Positions 36,360-52,861 of a DNA stretch of 64,000 bases are shown piece after piece. The notes under the pieces were generated by a model. That model saw nothing but the letters and a program-made list of their open reading frames with translations, ran no database searches and was not told where the DNA came from. How positions within the stretch are numbered: position 1 is the first letter of the stretch; every line of letters begins with the position of its first letter. The stretch lies in sequence record LC727699.1, one strand, 5' to 3'. The position numbers and the translations under genes were made by a program.

Positions 36360-36812
36360 ATGAACGTTCAATTATTTCCAGAAGTCATCGAAAGATGGCA
36401 AGATGCCCTAAGGGTATCTCTTATAGAAAAAAATACCATGGTAGATAATAAGATGTCTACCGTAGATGATGATAAATACATTAATACTTTCTTTGAAGAA
36501 TTCCATCCTGTTCAGGATGCCTTTATGCCCAAAGGGCTAGAGGACTTTATTACTGATTATGCCAAGAAAAACATTGAGGAGATCCTTCAAGAAAAACAGT
36601 TTAAGCGGGCCACCGAAAAGTTATATTGTTCGAGTGACCCGCATAAATGGCAGAAATCAAGTAATAAGGAAAAGAGTGAATCCTTTAAGGGAAGGTCCGT
36701 ACATCAAACTAAAAAGAGGCTCCCCAACATTGTAGATTTGGAGGCCGTTGTGATTAAGGTAGATTTCAATGGTAACACTAAAAATTGCGGGGCTTACTCA
36801 AGTATCAGTTAA
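36360..36812 (+). CDS. Hypothetical protein (gp121-like)
   Basis: 150 aa, downstream of a TATATTAC motif. Confidence 0.6.
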   Translation: MNVQLFPEVIERWQDALRVSLIEKNTMVDNKMSTVDDDKYINTFFEEFHPVQDAFMPKGLEDFITDYAKKNIEEILQEKQFKRATEKLYCSSDPHKWQKSSNKEKSESFKGRSVHQTKKRLPNIVDLEAVVIKVDFNGNTKNCGAYSSIS

Positions 36813-37851
36813 GCCTACTATCGATCACCCGTATGATAAGAAATCGGGAACTGCATACACTAAGGGTGATCCATACGCTAATTGGAATCTCCCTGTCTCA
36901 CGTTTTGTTGAGTATCGGAATGAATCATTTCATCGTATTACTGTAGTCGATTCATCTGGTCACGCTATCAATATTGGGACATCCCGTAAGTATGTAATGT
37001 CTAATAGACTAGTAGTTAAGGTCATTTACCGATGGAGTGGTGATGATAGTTTTAACTATGAAGTTATGGCTAAATCTATTCCAGGTTTTACACCTGAGGA
37101 AATGTTAGAATATATTCAGTCATTTAGTCGACAGACATTCGATCAGTTTAATAACCAGCTATCTGAGATTACTATTTGGTATTCAATTGACTTATCAAAA
37201 CTAGTAGATCAGTATCATGGTGGTTGGATTCAGAGTTTAGGTATCCAAGTATTTAAAACTGAGTATAGTCAGTATTTTGAATTTTATCCAAATAGAAATA
37301 TTAGTCCTCCTGGTTACAGCGGACTTAGTCCAGAAGAAGAAGCACTTTCTAATCAAGTATGGAATGAAACATATTCTTTAACGTATAATACTGACATCAA
37401 TAAACCAGATAAATTGTTTTATGTAATGGCTGGCAGAATTATGGCCATTGAGTCAATCTACAATCCATCATTAGATCCTGGTCTTATTGTTAATATCCGT
37501 GGTAAGCATGGATGTATTAGTCATAATGGCGAAAAGAGATATGTAATACCTCCTGAACAGTTCCATGAAAATGGTTTCTTTAGAACACATGAAGAAGCTG
37601 CTGCAATGGTTGGAATTAAAGATAAGAAAGTTATTGAACGTCTTAAGACTGCACTCTTAACAGCGGCTGATATTAAGGAAAGGGAAGCCCAGGAAAAAGC
37701 AGCTGGTACGTTTGATAAAGAATTCAAACCAAAAGATGTTGTATTGATTCATGGTCTAAAATGGGGTGATCTAAACTCCATTGCCTCTGATCTAGTATCA
37801 TCCATTAAAATTGTAGGTTCACTGATGGATTTAATTTTGCCAAAAGTTTAG
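36769..37851 (+). CDS. Conserved hypothetical protein (gp122-like)
   Basis: 360 aa ORF overlapping the previous gene. Confidence 0.65.
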   Translation: MVTLKIAGLTQVSVKPTIDHPYDKKSGTAYTKGDPYANWNLPVSRFVEYRNESFHRITVVDSSGHAINIGTSRKYVMSNRLVVKVIYRWSGDDSFNYEVMAKSIPGFTPEEMLEYIQSFSRQTFDQFNNQLSEITIWYSIDLSKLVDQYHGGWIQSLGIQVFKTEYSQYFEFYPNRNISPPGYSGLSPEEEALSNQVWNETYSLTYNTDINKPDKLFYVMAGRIMAIESIYNPSLDPGLIVNIRGKHGCISHNGEKRYVIPPEQFHENGFFRTHEEAAAMVGIKDKKVIERLKTALLTAADIKEREAQEKAAGTFDKEFKPKDVVLIHGLKWGDLNSIASDLVSSIKIVGSLMDLILPKV

Positions 37852-37860
37852 GAGTTTATA

Positions 37861-39492
37861 ATGCCGGATCCATTTCTAATTGAAAAGATTCGTGAAAATA
37901 CGCCTTGCATGAATCCAACACTAGCAAATGGTATCACAGTCGAACACACCATGACTCGTGATCCAAATACTGGTGTTAATATGACCAGGCGTTATATTGA
38001 TTCTTTATTTGATATCAGTTCAGTTCTATTTCCCGATGGCTTCAAATATGAAGGCAATCGTGCATGTACACCGCTTAAGCATTTTGAAGAGATTACTCGG
38101 GAATATAATGCTAAGCGTATTGCCAATATTGCTCCAACTGACATGTACATGATTGACCTAATGTTTAGTTATAAAGGGGAAATGCTTTATCCTCGTCCAA
38201 TGTTGTTACCAGCTTTTAAGAGAGGCAATATGGTAACTATCAATGGTGCGAAATATATCGGTTCACCAGTATTAACTGATGTTGGGTTCTCTGTACTTAA
38301 TGATAGCATCTTCATCCCGTTTCGTCGTACTAAGCTAACCTTTAAACAAACTGACCACCATTACATGTGCAATGGTCAGCGTAAAATCATGTATGTGATC
38401 TGGTCACAGATTCACAATGAAATGGCTAAGCGTACTAAACGAGATCTGGATAATCGACCACATATTGAGTCATGTTTAGCTCATTATTTCTTCTGTCAGT
38501 TTGGAGTAACTCAAACTTTCAAACAATGGGCTAATGTAGATGTTAAGTGTGGACTGCTGTCTGATTTTCCTGAAGAAGAATATCCACGTGAAAAGTGGAA
38601 TATTTATTCCAGTGCAACATTAAAAGGCAAACATCCCACCGGTGAAATGGTTCTTGTTATACCTCGTCATCAAGAATCTATTTTTGCCACACGACTTATC
38701 GCTGGTTTCTGGTATGTAGTCGATGCATTTCCAATGCGATTCACTCGACCTGAATATGTAGATAGTACCAACTTATGGCGTGTTATCCTAGGTCACATGG
38801 TGTTTGGTGATTTTGAACACCAAGGTAAGGTAGAGGAAAACATTGATTCACACCTACACAGTTTCTGTAATTCACTAGACGAAATGACTATTGAAGAACT
38901 TAAAACAGTTGGTGTCAATGTAAGTACTATTTGGGAACTTCTTTACGAGATCATGACTAGTTTGGCTCACCATCTTTATGCTACTGATATTGATGAAACT
39001 AGTATGTATGGTAAAAGGTTAACAGTACTGCATTACTTGATGTCAGAGTTTAACTATGCTGTAAGTATGTTTGGCTATATGTTCCAGTCTAGGCGTGATC
39101 GTGAATGGACTGTACAAGAGCTAAATGAAGGTTTAAAGCGTTCCTTTAAACTACAGACAGCTATTAAACGATTAACAGTGGATCATGGTGAACTCGATAC
39201 AATGAGTAATCCAAACTCTAGTATGCTGATTAAAGGGACATCTATCCTAGTTACACAGGACCGAGCTAAAACAGCTAAGGCGCATAATAAGTCTCTAATC
39301 AATGACTCATCTAGGATTATTCACGCATCTATTGCTGAGGTAGGTCAATATAAAAACCAACCCAAGAACAACCCGGATGGTCGAGGTAGGCTTAACATGT
39401 ATACCAAAGTGGGTCCAACTGGACTAGTTGAACGTCGTGAAGAAGTACGTGAAATAATTGATAATGCTCAATTAATGTTCCGTGCAAAATAA
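37861..39492 (+). CDS. gp123: Non-virion RNA polymerase beta subunit, N-terminal fragment (phiKZ gp123)
   Basis: 543 aa; beta-like C-terminal motifs (HASIAEVGQY...PDGRGRLN); size and position as recalled for gp123. Confidence 0.8.
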   Translation: MPDPFLIEKIRENTPCMNPTLANGITVEHTMTRDPNTGVNMTRRYIDSLFDISSVLFPDGFKYEGNRACTPLKHFEEITREYNAKRIANIAPTDMYMIDLMFSYKGEMLYPRPMLLPAFKRGNMVTINGAKYIGSPVLTDVGFSVLNDSIFIPFRRTKLTFKQTDHHYMCNGQRKIMYVIWSQIHNEMAKRTKRDLDNRPHIESCLAHYFFCQFGVTQTFKQWANVDVKCGLLSDFPEEEYPREKWNIYSSATLKGKHPTGEMVLVIPRHQESIFATRLIAGFWYVVDAFPMRFTRPEYVDSTNLWRVILGHMVFGDFEHQGKVEENIDSHLHSFCNSLDEMTIEELKTVGVNVSTIWELLYEIMTSLAHHLYATDIDETSMYGKRLTVLHYLMSEFNYAVSMFGYMFQSRRDREWTVQELNEGLKRSFKLQTAIKRLTVDHGELDTMSNPNSSMLIKGTSILVTQDRAKTAKAHNKSLINDSSRIIHASIAEVGQYKNQPKNNPDGRGRLNMYTKVGPTGLVERREEVREIIDNAQLMFRAK

Positions 39493-39527
39493 ATTAAATC
39501 TTTAACTACTTAATAGGTAATATTCAC

Positions 39528-41693
39528 ATGAACTATGCACAGTACAATCTACCTGTCGATTTTGAGAGTGTAGATACCAGTACTTTCGATCCTAACCTAC
39601 CCAATGGAAATTATCTGTTTAGCCTACCGCTACAGTTATCACCACATCAACAGCATCCTCAACTACAACCATATTTCAATGGCGTAATTGGGTTGTTCCG
39701 GCTGAATGCTCAAAATGCTGCTACTACCACCCAGCTTCATGCATTTGCGTATAATCTGCTATCTAGTAATGGTTTCCAGAATAACTATTATCAACAGTGG
39801 GCTCAGAAAGTTATTGACTTTCTAGAGTTTCTATTTGTTCATCGCCAGATGGTGAATAACCCACAGCAGGCAATGCAACAAGCTGCATCTTTAGTATGGT
39901 CTGGTTTTGTTGGTAAATGTGCTCAAACCTACCCACAGCTACAAAGTCTAGTTCAACATCTAATGCCGAATATCCAACAGGCACTTGGTGTAATCGGGCA
40001 GATTGAATCAGATATCCAAAAGATGCGTATGGGTGGTAATACCATGATGCAGGGTGGATATCAACAACCTGGTGTGCAGCCTGGAGGTTTTCCTGGGATG
40101 GGTGCAGCAATGGGTCGTCCTGGCATGGGTTCACAACTACCTCCAATTAATGCTGGTATCCAACAGACTTATGGTCAACCGGCTACCATGGCTAATCCAC
40201 AGCTGAACATTCCAGGGGCATATACACCAACAACTAATCATGACACTGGTGCATCAATTGCAAATGCTGCATATGACGTACCTGGTTCTTCTCCTTTCCT
40301 GGAAAATAAACCAGTCATGCAACCTAAAGACTCTTGGGGCGCTACTGTTGAAGTATCTCCAAATAGCAGTTATGATACAATCCCTGGTGGAGGTGATGTA
40401 ATGATTCTACCTGAACTACAACAAAATGCAAATACTGTAACTAATGATAATACGGATCTACCCATCCCTCAAGATGTGAAAGAACTCGTATTCGATCCGA
40501 ACTATTATGTACCCAACGGATTTGTAATTAATAAAGATCGTCCGATGGATGTTATCTATAATCCGGGCGGTATTGAAATCCGACCTGCTCATCTAGTTGC
40601 AGATAAACCTGATTGGGTACGTACGGCTAGTTCAGCTAATCCATACAGCATCCTAATGGACCCGGCAGTATATTGTCGCTTCCTTGCTAAATGGCCTGAT
40701 AACACTGTACATGAAGTATATCGTAAGTGGGAGAATCACATGGAAATGGATTATCTAAAGCATGAGCTTCAAGATGATCTTCGTCGTCAAGCACATCGTG
40801 GTGGCGGTGCACGCACTGTAACTAGTTATAAGCTATCTACCATTATGGGTGATGCCAAACCGGTTAAAGAAGTAGCTGAAGAGTTTTCACCAAATGATGC
40901 TGGGCTAACTGATAATCGTGAGCATGATCCAGTTATCCTGGAAGGTTATATTGCATGCGCAAATAACCTTGAAGCAGAAGCTGGTGCACTCAATGCAGTT
41001 CGTGAAGCACTTGAACTAAGTGAAGATGATGTAGTTCCGGCACATGAATATCGTGCAGCATCGTCCCATCCCTTTGATGCTTCAACTGAAGTCATGTATG
41101 AGATCGAGGATATTCGAAAAGAACCCGATCCGCATCTAATTGCAAAGCGCCTTAAGCAACTAATGCTAGATGGTAAACTGGCTCAACGCTACTATCGGTT
41201 CCTAGTTGAAAGGCTCACCAATGCAGTTAATGAGTTCCTGGCTGATTCAATGAGTCAGAAGGTAACTATTGATGACTTCTGTGAGGATATCGGTGATCTT
41301 ATCGCATATCTGATCGGTAAGAAGGGTAAGTCAGTAGCTGATAAATTTATTGCTAGTATTCCGTTTATTGTTGGGCGGAGTATGTGTGTTAATATTGATC
41401 CAGAAGAAGGTAATTCTATTCTAGATCTATCAGTGCGTTTCCAAACTGGCTGGCGTCTTGAAGAACTGTCCTGCTTAAATATTTACACTGAGAAAGCAGT
41501 ACTTATCAGTAAACTTACCGAACCTAAGATTACTCAAGTAATCATGGGAATGGCAAAACGTCTAAATAGCTCTAAAGATTCAGATGATGCACGTACACAC
41601 AAAATGTACATTATCACTGCTGATGGATCTTATCTACAAGTTATTCGTGGCGCTCTTGTTGATAATGCTGTTCTACTTAAGCTTGTTAAATAA
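39528..41693 (+). CDS. Conserved hypothetical protein with Q/G/P/M-rich region (gp124-like)
   Basis: 721 aa ORF in the RNAP operon. Confidence 0.7.
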   Translation: MNYAQYNLPVDFESVDTSTFDPNLPNGNYLFSLPLQLSPHQQHPQLQPYFNGVIGLFRLNAQNAATTTQLHAFAYNLLSSNGFQNNYYQQWAQKVIDFLEFLFVHRQMVNNPQQAMQQAASLVWSGFVGKCAQTYPQLQSLVQHLMPNIQQALGVIGQIESDIQKMRMGGNTMMQGGYQQPGVQPGGFPGMGAAMGRPGMGSQLPPINAGIQQTYGQPATMANPQLNIPGAYTPTTNHDTGASIANAAYDVPGSSPFLENKPVMQPKDSWGATVEVSPNSSYDTIPGGGDVMILPELQQNANTVTNDNTDLPIPQDVKELVFDPNYYVPNGFVINKDRPMDVIYNPGGIEIRPAHLVADKPDWVRTASSANPYSILMDPAVYCRFLAKWPDNTVHEVYRKWENHMEMDYLKHELQDDLRRQAHRGGGARTVTSYKLSTIMGDAKPVKEVAEEFSPNDAGLTDNREHDPVILEGYIACANNLEAEAGALNAVREALELSEDDVVPAHEYRAASSHPFDASTEVMYEIEDIRKEPDPHLIAKRLKQLMLDGKLAQRYYRFLVERLTNAVNEFLADSMSQKVTIDDFCEDIGDLIAYLIGKKGKSVADKFIASIPFIVGRSMCVNIDPEEGNSILDLSVRFQTGWRLEELSCLNIYTEKAVLISKLTEPKITQVIMGMAKRLNSSKDSDDARTHKMYIITADGSYLQVIRGALVDNAVLLKLVK

Positions 41694-41699
41694 GAATAA

Positions 41700-41726
41700 A
41701 AGCCCCTCTTCGGAGGGGCTTATTTA
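41700..41726 (+). terminator. Intrinsic terminator
   Basis: AAGCCCCTC TTCG GAGGGGCTT ATTT. Confidence 0.8.
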
Positions 41727-41773
41727 TGAATAGTGTATCATTTAATCAAATATTGTAAAAAAGGAGTAATACA

Positions 41774-42406
41774 ATGCTAGCTAAAATGAATAAATTCTTC
41801 AAAGAACTACTAAACAAAAATACGGTGAATATGGCAGGACTATTCGATGATGTGGTATTGATGAATAGTTATAATAACTATAAACCAGATTTCAATGACA
41901 CTGTAGAAGTAAATACAAAATGTGATCTACCGGCAAATGGTAAAGTCCTAGTTCTATATGTCGTTCAAGATACAATGGATATGTATATTTGGGATGGACA
42001 ACAGTATCTTTCTTATAATCCATATTCTACCGAGCAATTAGCACCAATGATTGACGACCCATCAGCATTTATTCCATCAACCAAAGCTAATACCTCTCTA
42101 AAAGTAACTTATGGTATCTGGGCACTTAAGAAAGATCTAGAAACTATCCAGAAGTATTCAATTGGAATGCACACTCTTCTTGATAAACATTCACTAGCAA
42201 GAGTTAACGATAAGAATCCTATTAATAAGGTATTCTTCGAAACATGTCATAAAGCCCTATATACTGCACTTCGTGAATCATACAAAAATAATATGGTTAA
42301 ACCACAAATTGCAGATGCAGTCACCAAGGAAGGATGTTGGTTTGGGCGAGATCATCGATCTAATAAACTGTCATTTAAATGCGGTGAATTTAAGGTTGAA
42401 TGGTAA
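41774..42406 (+). CDS. Hypothetical protein (gp125-like)
   Basis: 210 aa, AAGGAG SD. Confidence 0.65.
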   Translation: MLAKMNKFFKELLNKNTVNMAGLFDDVVLMNSYNNYKPDFNDTVEVNTKCDLPANGKVLVLYVVQDTMDMYIWDGQQYLSYNPYSTEQLAPMIDDPSAFIPSTKANTSLKVTYGIWALKKDLETIQKYSIGMHTLLDKHSLARVNDKNPINKVFFETCHKALYTALRESYKNNMVKPQIADAVTKEGCWFGRDHRSNKLSFKCGEFKVEW

Positions 42407-42420
42407 TAATTAAGTAATGG

Positions 42421-42453
42421 CATAAACCCCTCTCCGTATGGAGAGGGGCTATG
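42421..42453. terminator. Bidirectional terminator, CATAA-hairpin-CTATG type
   Basis: CCCCTCTCC GTAT GGAGAGGGG between convergent genes. Confidence 0.8.
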
Positions 42454-42469
42454 TCTTTATTTTTTTTAT

Positions 42470-42913
42470 TTAACTGCTTTCAAATTCAAGAGTTACTGGT
42501 ATTGTTGGTATCCATGACAAGTTATTAAAGTATGGATGTATCGTAACCGTATTCCCAGTAATAGGTTGCGGTTGTATTTCTTCTATAATAAATGGAATAC
42601 CGTAAACATCTCTTAATTTTTCAGCTACTTCTAAATTATCAGTATAGTCAGTTGGTTTACCCGGTACTTTTATACCAAGACAGTACTCTGGTAAAGAGCG
42701 TCTATTAAAGTAAATAACTGTCTCACCTTTAAAATAAAGTGAACTGGTCTTCGTTCTCATTGTTGTTTTGGCATTTGTACCAGTTGCTAAGAATGTGTCA
42801 GTTCCTATGAATTCAACATCATCAACAGTTAAATCCCTAGGCTTACCATTATTATCTTTAGGTTTATTAGCCACATTCCAAGCAGCTATTAATTCAGCTC
42901 TTGTATCAGCCAT
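42470..42913 (-). CDS. Virion structural protein, paralog of the 42922 and 61338 genes (gp126-like)
   Basis: LTVDDVEF...VIYFNRRSL resembles TVTFEDMFF...LTYRRLDF. Confidence 0.6.
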   Translation of the reverse strand: MADTRAELIAAWNVANKPKDNNGKPRDLTVDDVEFIGTDTFLATGTNAKTTMRTKTSSLYFKGETVIYFNRRSLPEYCLGIKVPGKPTDYTDNLEVAEKLRDVYGIPFIIEEIQPQPITGNTVTIHPYFNNLSWIPTIPVTLEFESS

Positions 42914-42921
42914 TACACACC

Positions 42922-43794
<873 letters not shown>

Positions 43795-43804
43795 CTATCG
43801 CTCC

Positions 43805-45985
<2,181 letters not shown>

Positions 45986-46005
45986 TTACTCACTTTAAAA
46001 TTTAG

Positions 46006-48699
<2,694 letters not shown>

Positions 48700-48710
48700 T
48701 TTCTAAACAA

Positions 48711-48742
48711 CATAATGCCCTCCCGTAATGGGAGGGCTTATG
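48711..48742. terminator. Bidirectional terminator, CATAA-hairpin-TTATG type
   Basis: GCCCTCCC GTAAT GGGAGGGC; near-identical to 1083-1113. Confidence 0.8.
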
Positions 48743-48745
48743 ACG

Positions 48746-50029
<1,284 letters not shown>

Positions 50030-50126
50030 CTATTAGTCTCCATGGAATGATTGGACAATCCTATGTGAATTTCACATCATTACGCTAACAAATTGCGCAA
50101 TAGCGTTTTATTAAAGGAGGGCAACC

Positions 50127-52442
50127 ATGGCCCACGGTGAAACTGGGTTATATCCATTCGACCCCAATGGAACAAATCCCCAGAACTTTATTAAAGGTGA
50201 GCGCCAAACTCTCCAGGTACCAGATGGTGATGATTATTATTTCATTATACCATTTGCTGCACCTTTCTTTGTAGATTCATTACGACTATTTAACCCACTG
50301 ACCAATCAGACTTATGTAGAAGGTGTTGATTACCTTATTGGGCATTGGTTTATTGAAGCTATGGAATCGATAGGTAGACCTATCGCTGGATCTATACGTA
50401 TCATGAAGCGTTCGATAAACGCTATGATTGGTATGGATTATCGTACAATAGGTGGGCAATGGGGATTTAGTAATCAACAGATCCTGGCTGAGCTTGCACG
50501 CAAACAGTATAACCCCTTGATTCGGTCATGGGGTGCAATTGGTCCATTACCTGCTTCTTTCCCACCTTTAGAACACAATCAACCTATTGATTCATTAGTA
50601 GGTAGTAAAGAGATTCTTGAAGGTATCGAAGGTATTATAGAAGCTATCCGTGCTGCGGCTGCCGGTACAACTGACCAACATATTCGTGATTATAATAACC
50701 CACACAGGGTAACTAAAGCACAAGTTGGCTTGGCACTAGTTCCAAACTATGCGATGGCAACTGATCAACAGCATTTAGATGCTAATCGTAATGATCTATT
50801 TACGAACCCACGTGGTACATTAGCATTAGTTAATAAGTTTGCCGTAAATCCGCTTAATGATCACATAGCGGCCAGGGGTAACGTACACGGTCTAACAGCT
50901 GCTGATATTAATTTAGGTAATGTTCCTAACTATCCGGCTGCAACACCAACTACCGCGGTAGATGTAACTAATGATTCGGTATTATTAACACCTTATACTG
51001 CATCTATTCTCTATAGTCGAATTGGTGATGCTTCTAGAATTAATGAACTAGAAGAGAAACTTAATCAACATATTAGTAATGAAAATAACCCACACGTTGT
51101 AACTGCCGACCAGGTTAATGCATATACTAAAACACAAGTTGATCAACTGCTAGCAGGATTAGGTGGTGGTGATGCTTCTACCTTTGGTGGATTAACACCT
51201 GAGCAATGGAAAGATGAATTCCCATCATTCGGTGATATTGAAAGGATGGCAGCTGGCTATAACGCTAACTGGGATGATGTACAATTAAAGATAGATACAT
51301 TACCAGTTATTGTGGATGATACTAGTGAATATGACCGGATGGAATTAATTCAAGGTGTCATGGCAGGTTTCCATGCTTATGCTGGATTTAATAGTTGGTG
51401 GGATTGTACAATTGTCAGAGATGACTGTGTAGTCCATCCTAAATCGCCAGCTAACCCTTATGCTGTTATACCAGAGCGTTTAGGATATGCTCAGGAATCT
51501 TGGGTGTCTCACCGATATGGTCAGTATTGGGTAGAAAATGGTGTAGTCAAGTCAGCATGTATCGATGAAACTAAAGTCGATGAGATGATACCAATTCCAG
51601 TAGAATGGACTGCACCTATAGATGGGAATATTCCTTCGAGTATCTGGGCGAATAAAACATCTCTGTATATGTTAACAGGTAAGTTCATCTTTAGTTCAAC
51701 AGGTGCATCAGCTATCTTTGAACACCAAGATCTTTATCGTTGTGTTAAAGGTGGTACATCTGAACTATTAGTACCTGCTGCTAATAAACCATGGGCTCTA
51801 TTTACCAATACTGAAGATACCTACCCTGGTGAAATGACAGTTGTTGTAAACATAGGTCCAGATAGCAGTGCTGATTATGTATATACAGCTTATGGTATCC
51901 CAAGCTTCGTTAGTGCTTTTAATGATTTTGTCAACAACACAATTAAACCATTGAATCATGTTATTGATTCAATGTCAATTGGTTGCACCCACATCATCAT
52001 GCATTCGATAGATCCATTAGTTGCCCCTGAAGATTATACATCTGAATCTAGTAAAGTGCATGTCATGGAAATCATCCGCAATGGTAATGATACAACCTTT
52101 ACGGTTATCTCACCATTATGGTTCGATGGACGTGGTAACGATGTAACTGCTAATGTATATAGTAATCCAATTGTTGGTGTATCAGGATTGTATACACATT
52201 ACACTGTGATATATGGTGATGGCCAAATCGCTTTCTTCGGAAATAACGATAATGGACAATGTGACGTGGATGATCATGCTGGACCATATATCCAATTGGC
52301 AGCAGGGCATAATTTCACTGTGACGGTAAATACTTTGAATCAAGTCATGTTTTGGGGAGATTCACCTGATAACTCCTTATTATGGAATGGCAGGGGTACA
52401 CGTGTGAAACATATTGAACCAACTCCACCCACTGGTCCATAA
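50127..52442 (+). CDS. Tail tip/fibre-associated protein (gp131-like)
   Basis: 771 aa; NPHxVT repeats; C-terminal RCC1/beta-propeller-like GxNxxGQ and LAAGHNFT motifs. Confidence 0.75.
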   Translation: MAHGETGLYPFDPNGTNPQNFIKGERQTLQVPDGDDYYFIIPFAAPFFVDSLRLFNPLTNQTYVEGVDYLIGHWFIEAMESIGRPIAGSIRIMKRSINAMIGMDYRTIGGQWGFSNQQILAELARKQYNPLIRSWGAIGPLPASFPPLEHNQPIDSLVGSKEILEGIEGIIEAIRAAAAGTTDQHIRDYNNPHRVTKAQVGLALVPNYAMATDQQHLDANRNDLFTNPRGTLALVNKFAVNPLNDHIAARGNVHGLTAADINLGNVPNYPAATPTTAVDVTNDSVLLTPYTASILYSRIGDASRINELEEKLNQHISNENNPHVVTADQVNAYTKTQVDQLLAGLGGGDASTFGGLTPEQWKDEFPSFGDIERMAAGYNANWDDVQLKIDTLPVIVDDTSEYDRMELIQGVMAGFHAYAGFNSWWDCTIVRDDCVVHPKSPANPYAVIPERLGYAQESWVSHRYGQYWVENGVVKSACIDETKVDEMIPIPVEWTAPIDGNIPSSIWANKTSLYMLTGKFIFSSTGASAIFEHQDLYRCVKGGTSELLVPAANKPWALFTNTEDTYPGEMTVVVNIGPDSSADYVYTAYGIPSFVSAFNDFVNNTIKPLNHVIDSMSIGCTHIIMHSIDPLVAPEDYTSESSKVHVMEIIRNGNDTTFTVISPLWFDGRGNDVTANVYSNPIVGVSGLYTHYTVIYGDGQIAFFGNNDNGQCDVDDHAGPYIQLAAGHNFTVTVNTLNQVMFWGDSPDNSLLWNGRGTRVKHIEPTPPTGP

Positions 52443-52454
52443 GAGGATTTAAAA

Positions 52455-52787
52455 ATGGCAGAAGTTACGCGTCAAGAGATGGATGCTCAAATAAATGCTT
52501 CTATTAGTAATCAAGGTTTATTTACTAAGGCAGTCCTTAATAAATTCATAGCCGTTATTAATAGGATCAATGGGCATATTGCAGCTAGAGGCAATCCACA
52601 TAATCTGCAACCATCAGATATTGGTCTTGGTAATGTGGCTAACTATCGCCCAGCTACTAAGAAGCGTGCACAAGAAGGTTTCAATAACACTACGTACATG
52701 ACTCCTAAACGGACAGATGATTATAATCGAGTGCACATATACGGTCCACTTGCGAAATTATTTAATGACGCAGCAGACCGTCTATAA
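52455..52787 (+). CDS. Short tail-fibre family paralog (gp132-like)
   Basis: HIAARGNPHNLQPSDIGLGNVANY repeat. Confidence 0.7.
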   Translation: MAEVTRQEMDAQINASISNQGLFTKAVLNKFIAVINRINGHIAARGNPHNLQPSDIGLGNVANYRPATKKRAQEGFNNTTYMTPKRTDDYNRVHIYGPLAKLFNDAADRL

Positions 52788-52800
52788 ACATCTGACCCGG

Positions 52801-52836
52801 CATAAGAGACACAGCCAAAAGCTGTGTCTCTTTTTG
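52801..52836 (+). terminator. Intrinsic terminator
   Basis: AGAGACACAGC CAAAA GCTGTGTCTCT TTTT. Confidence 0.8.
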
Positions 52837-52861
52837 CTGTTTCAGTTAAAAGGTATTTCTT

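Noticed and set aside
37861-39492. Intron, intein or homing endonuclease in the RNAP or helicase genes
   Set aside because: Both ORFs are continuous at the expected size, with no LAGLIDADG/HNH/GIY-YIG motifs and no intein C...HN termini.
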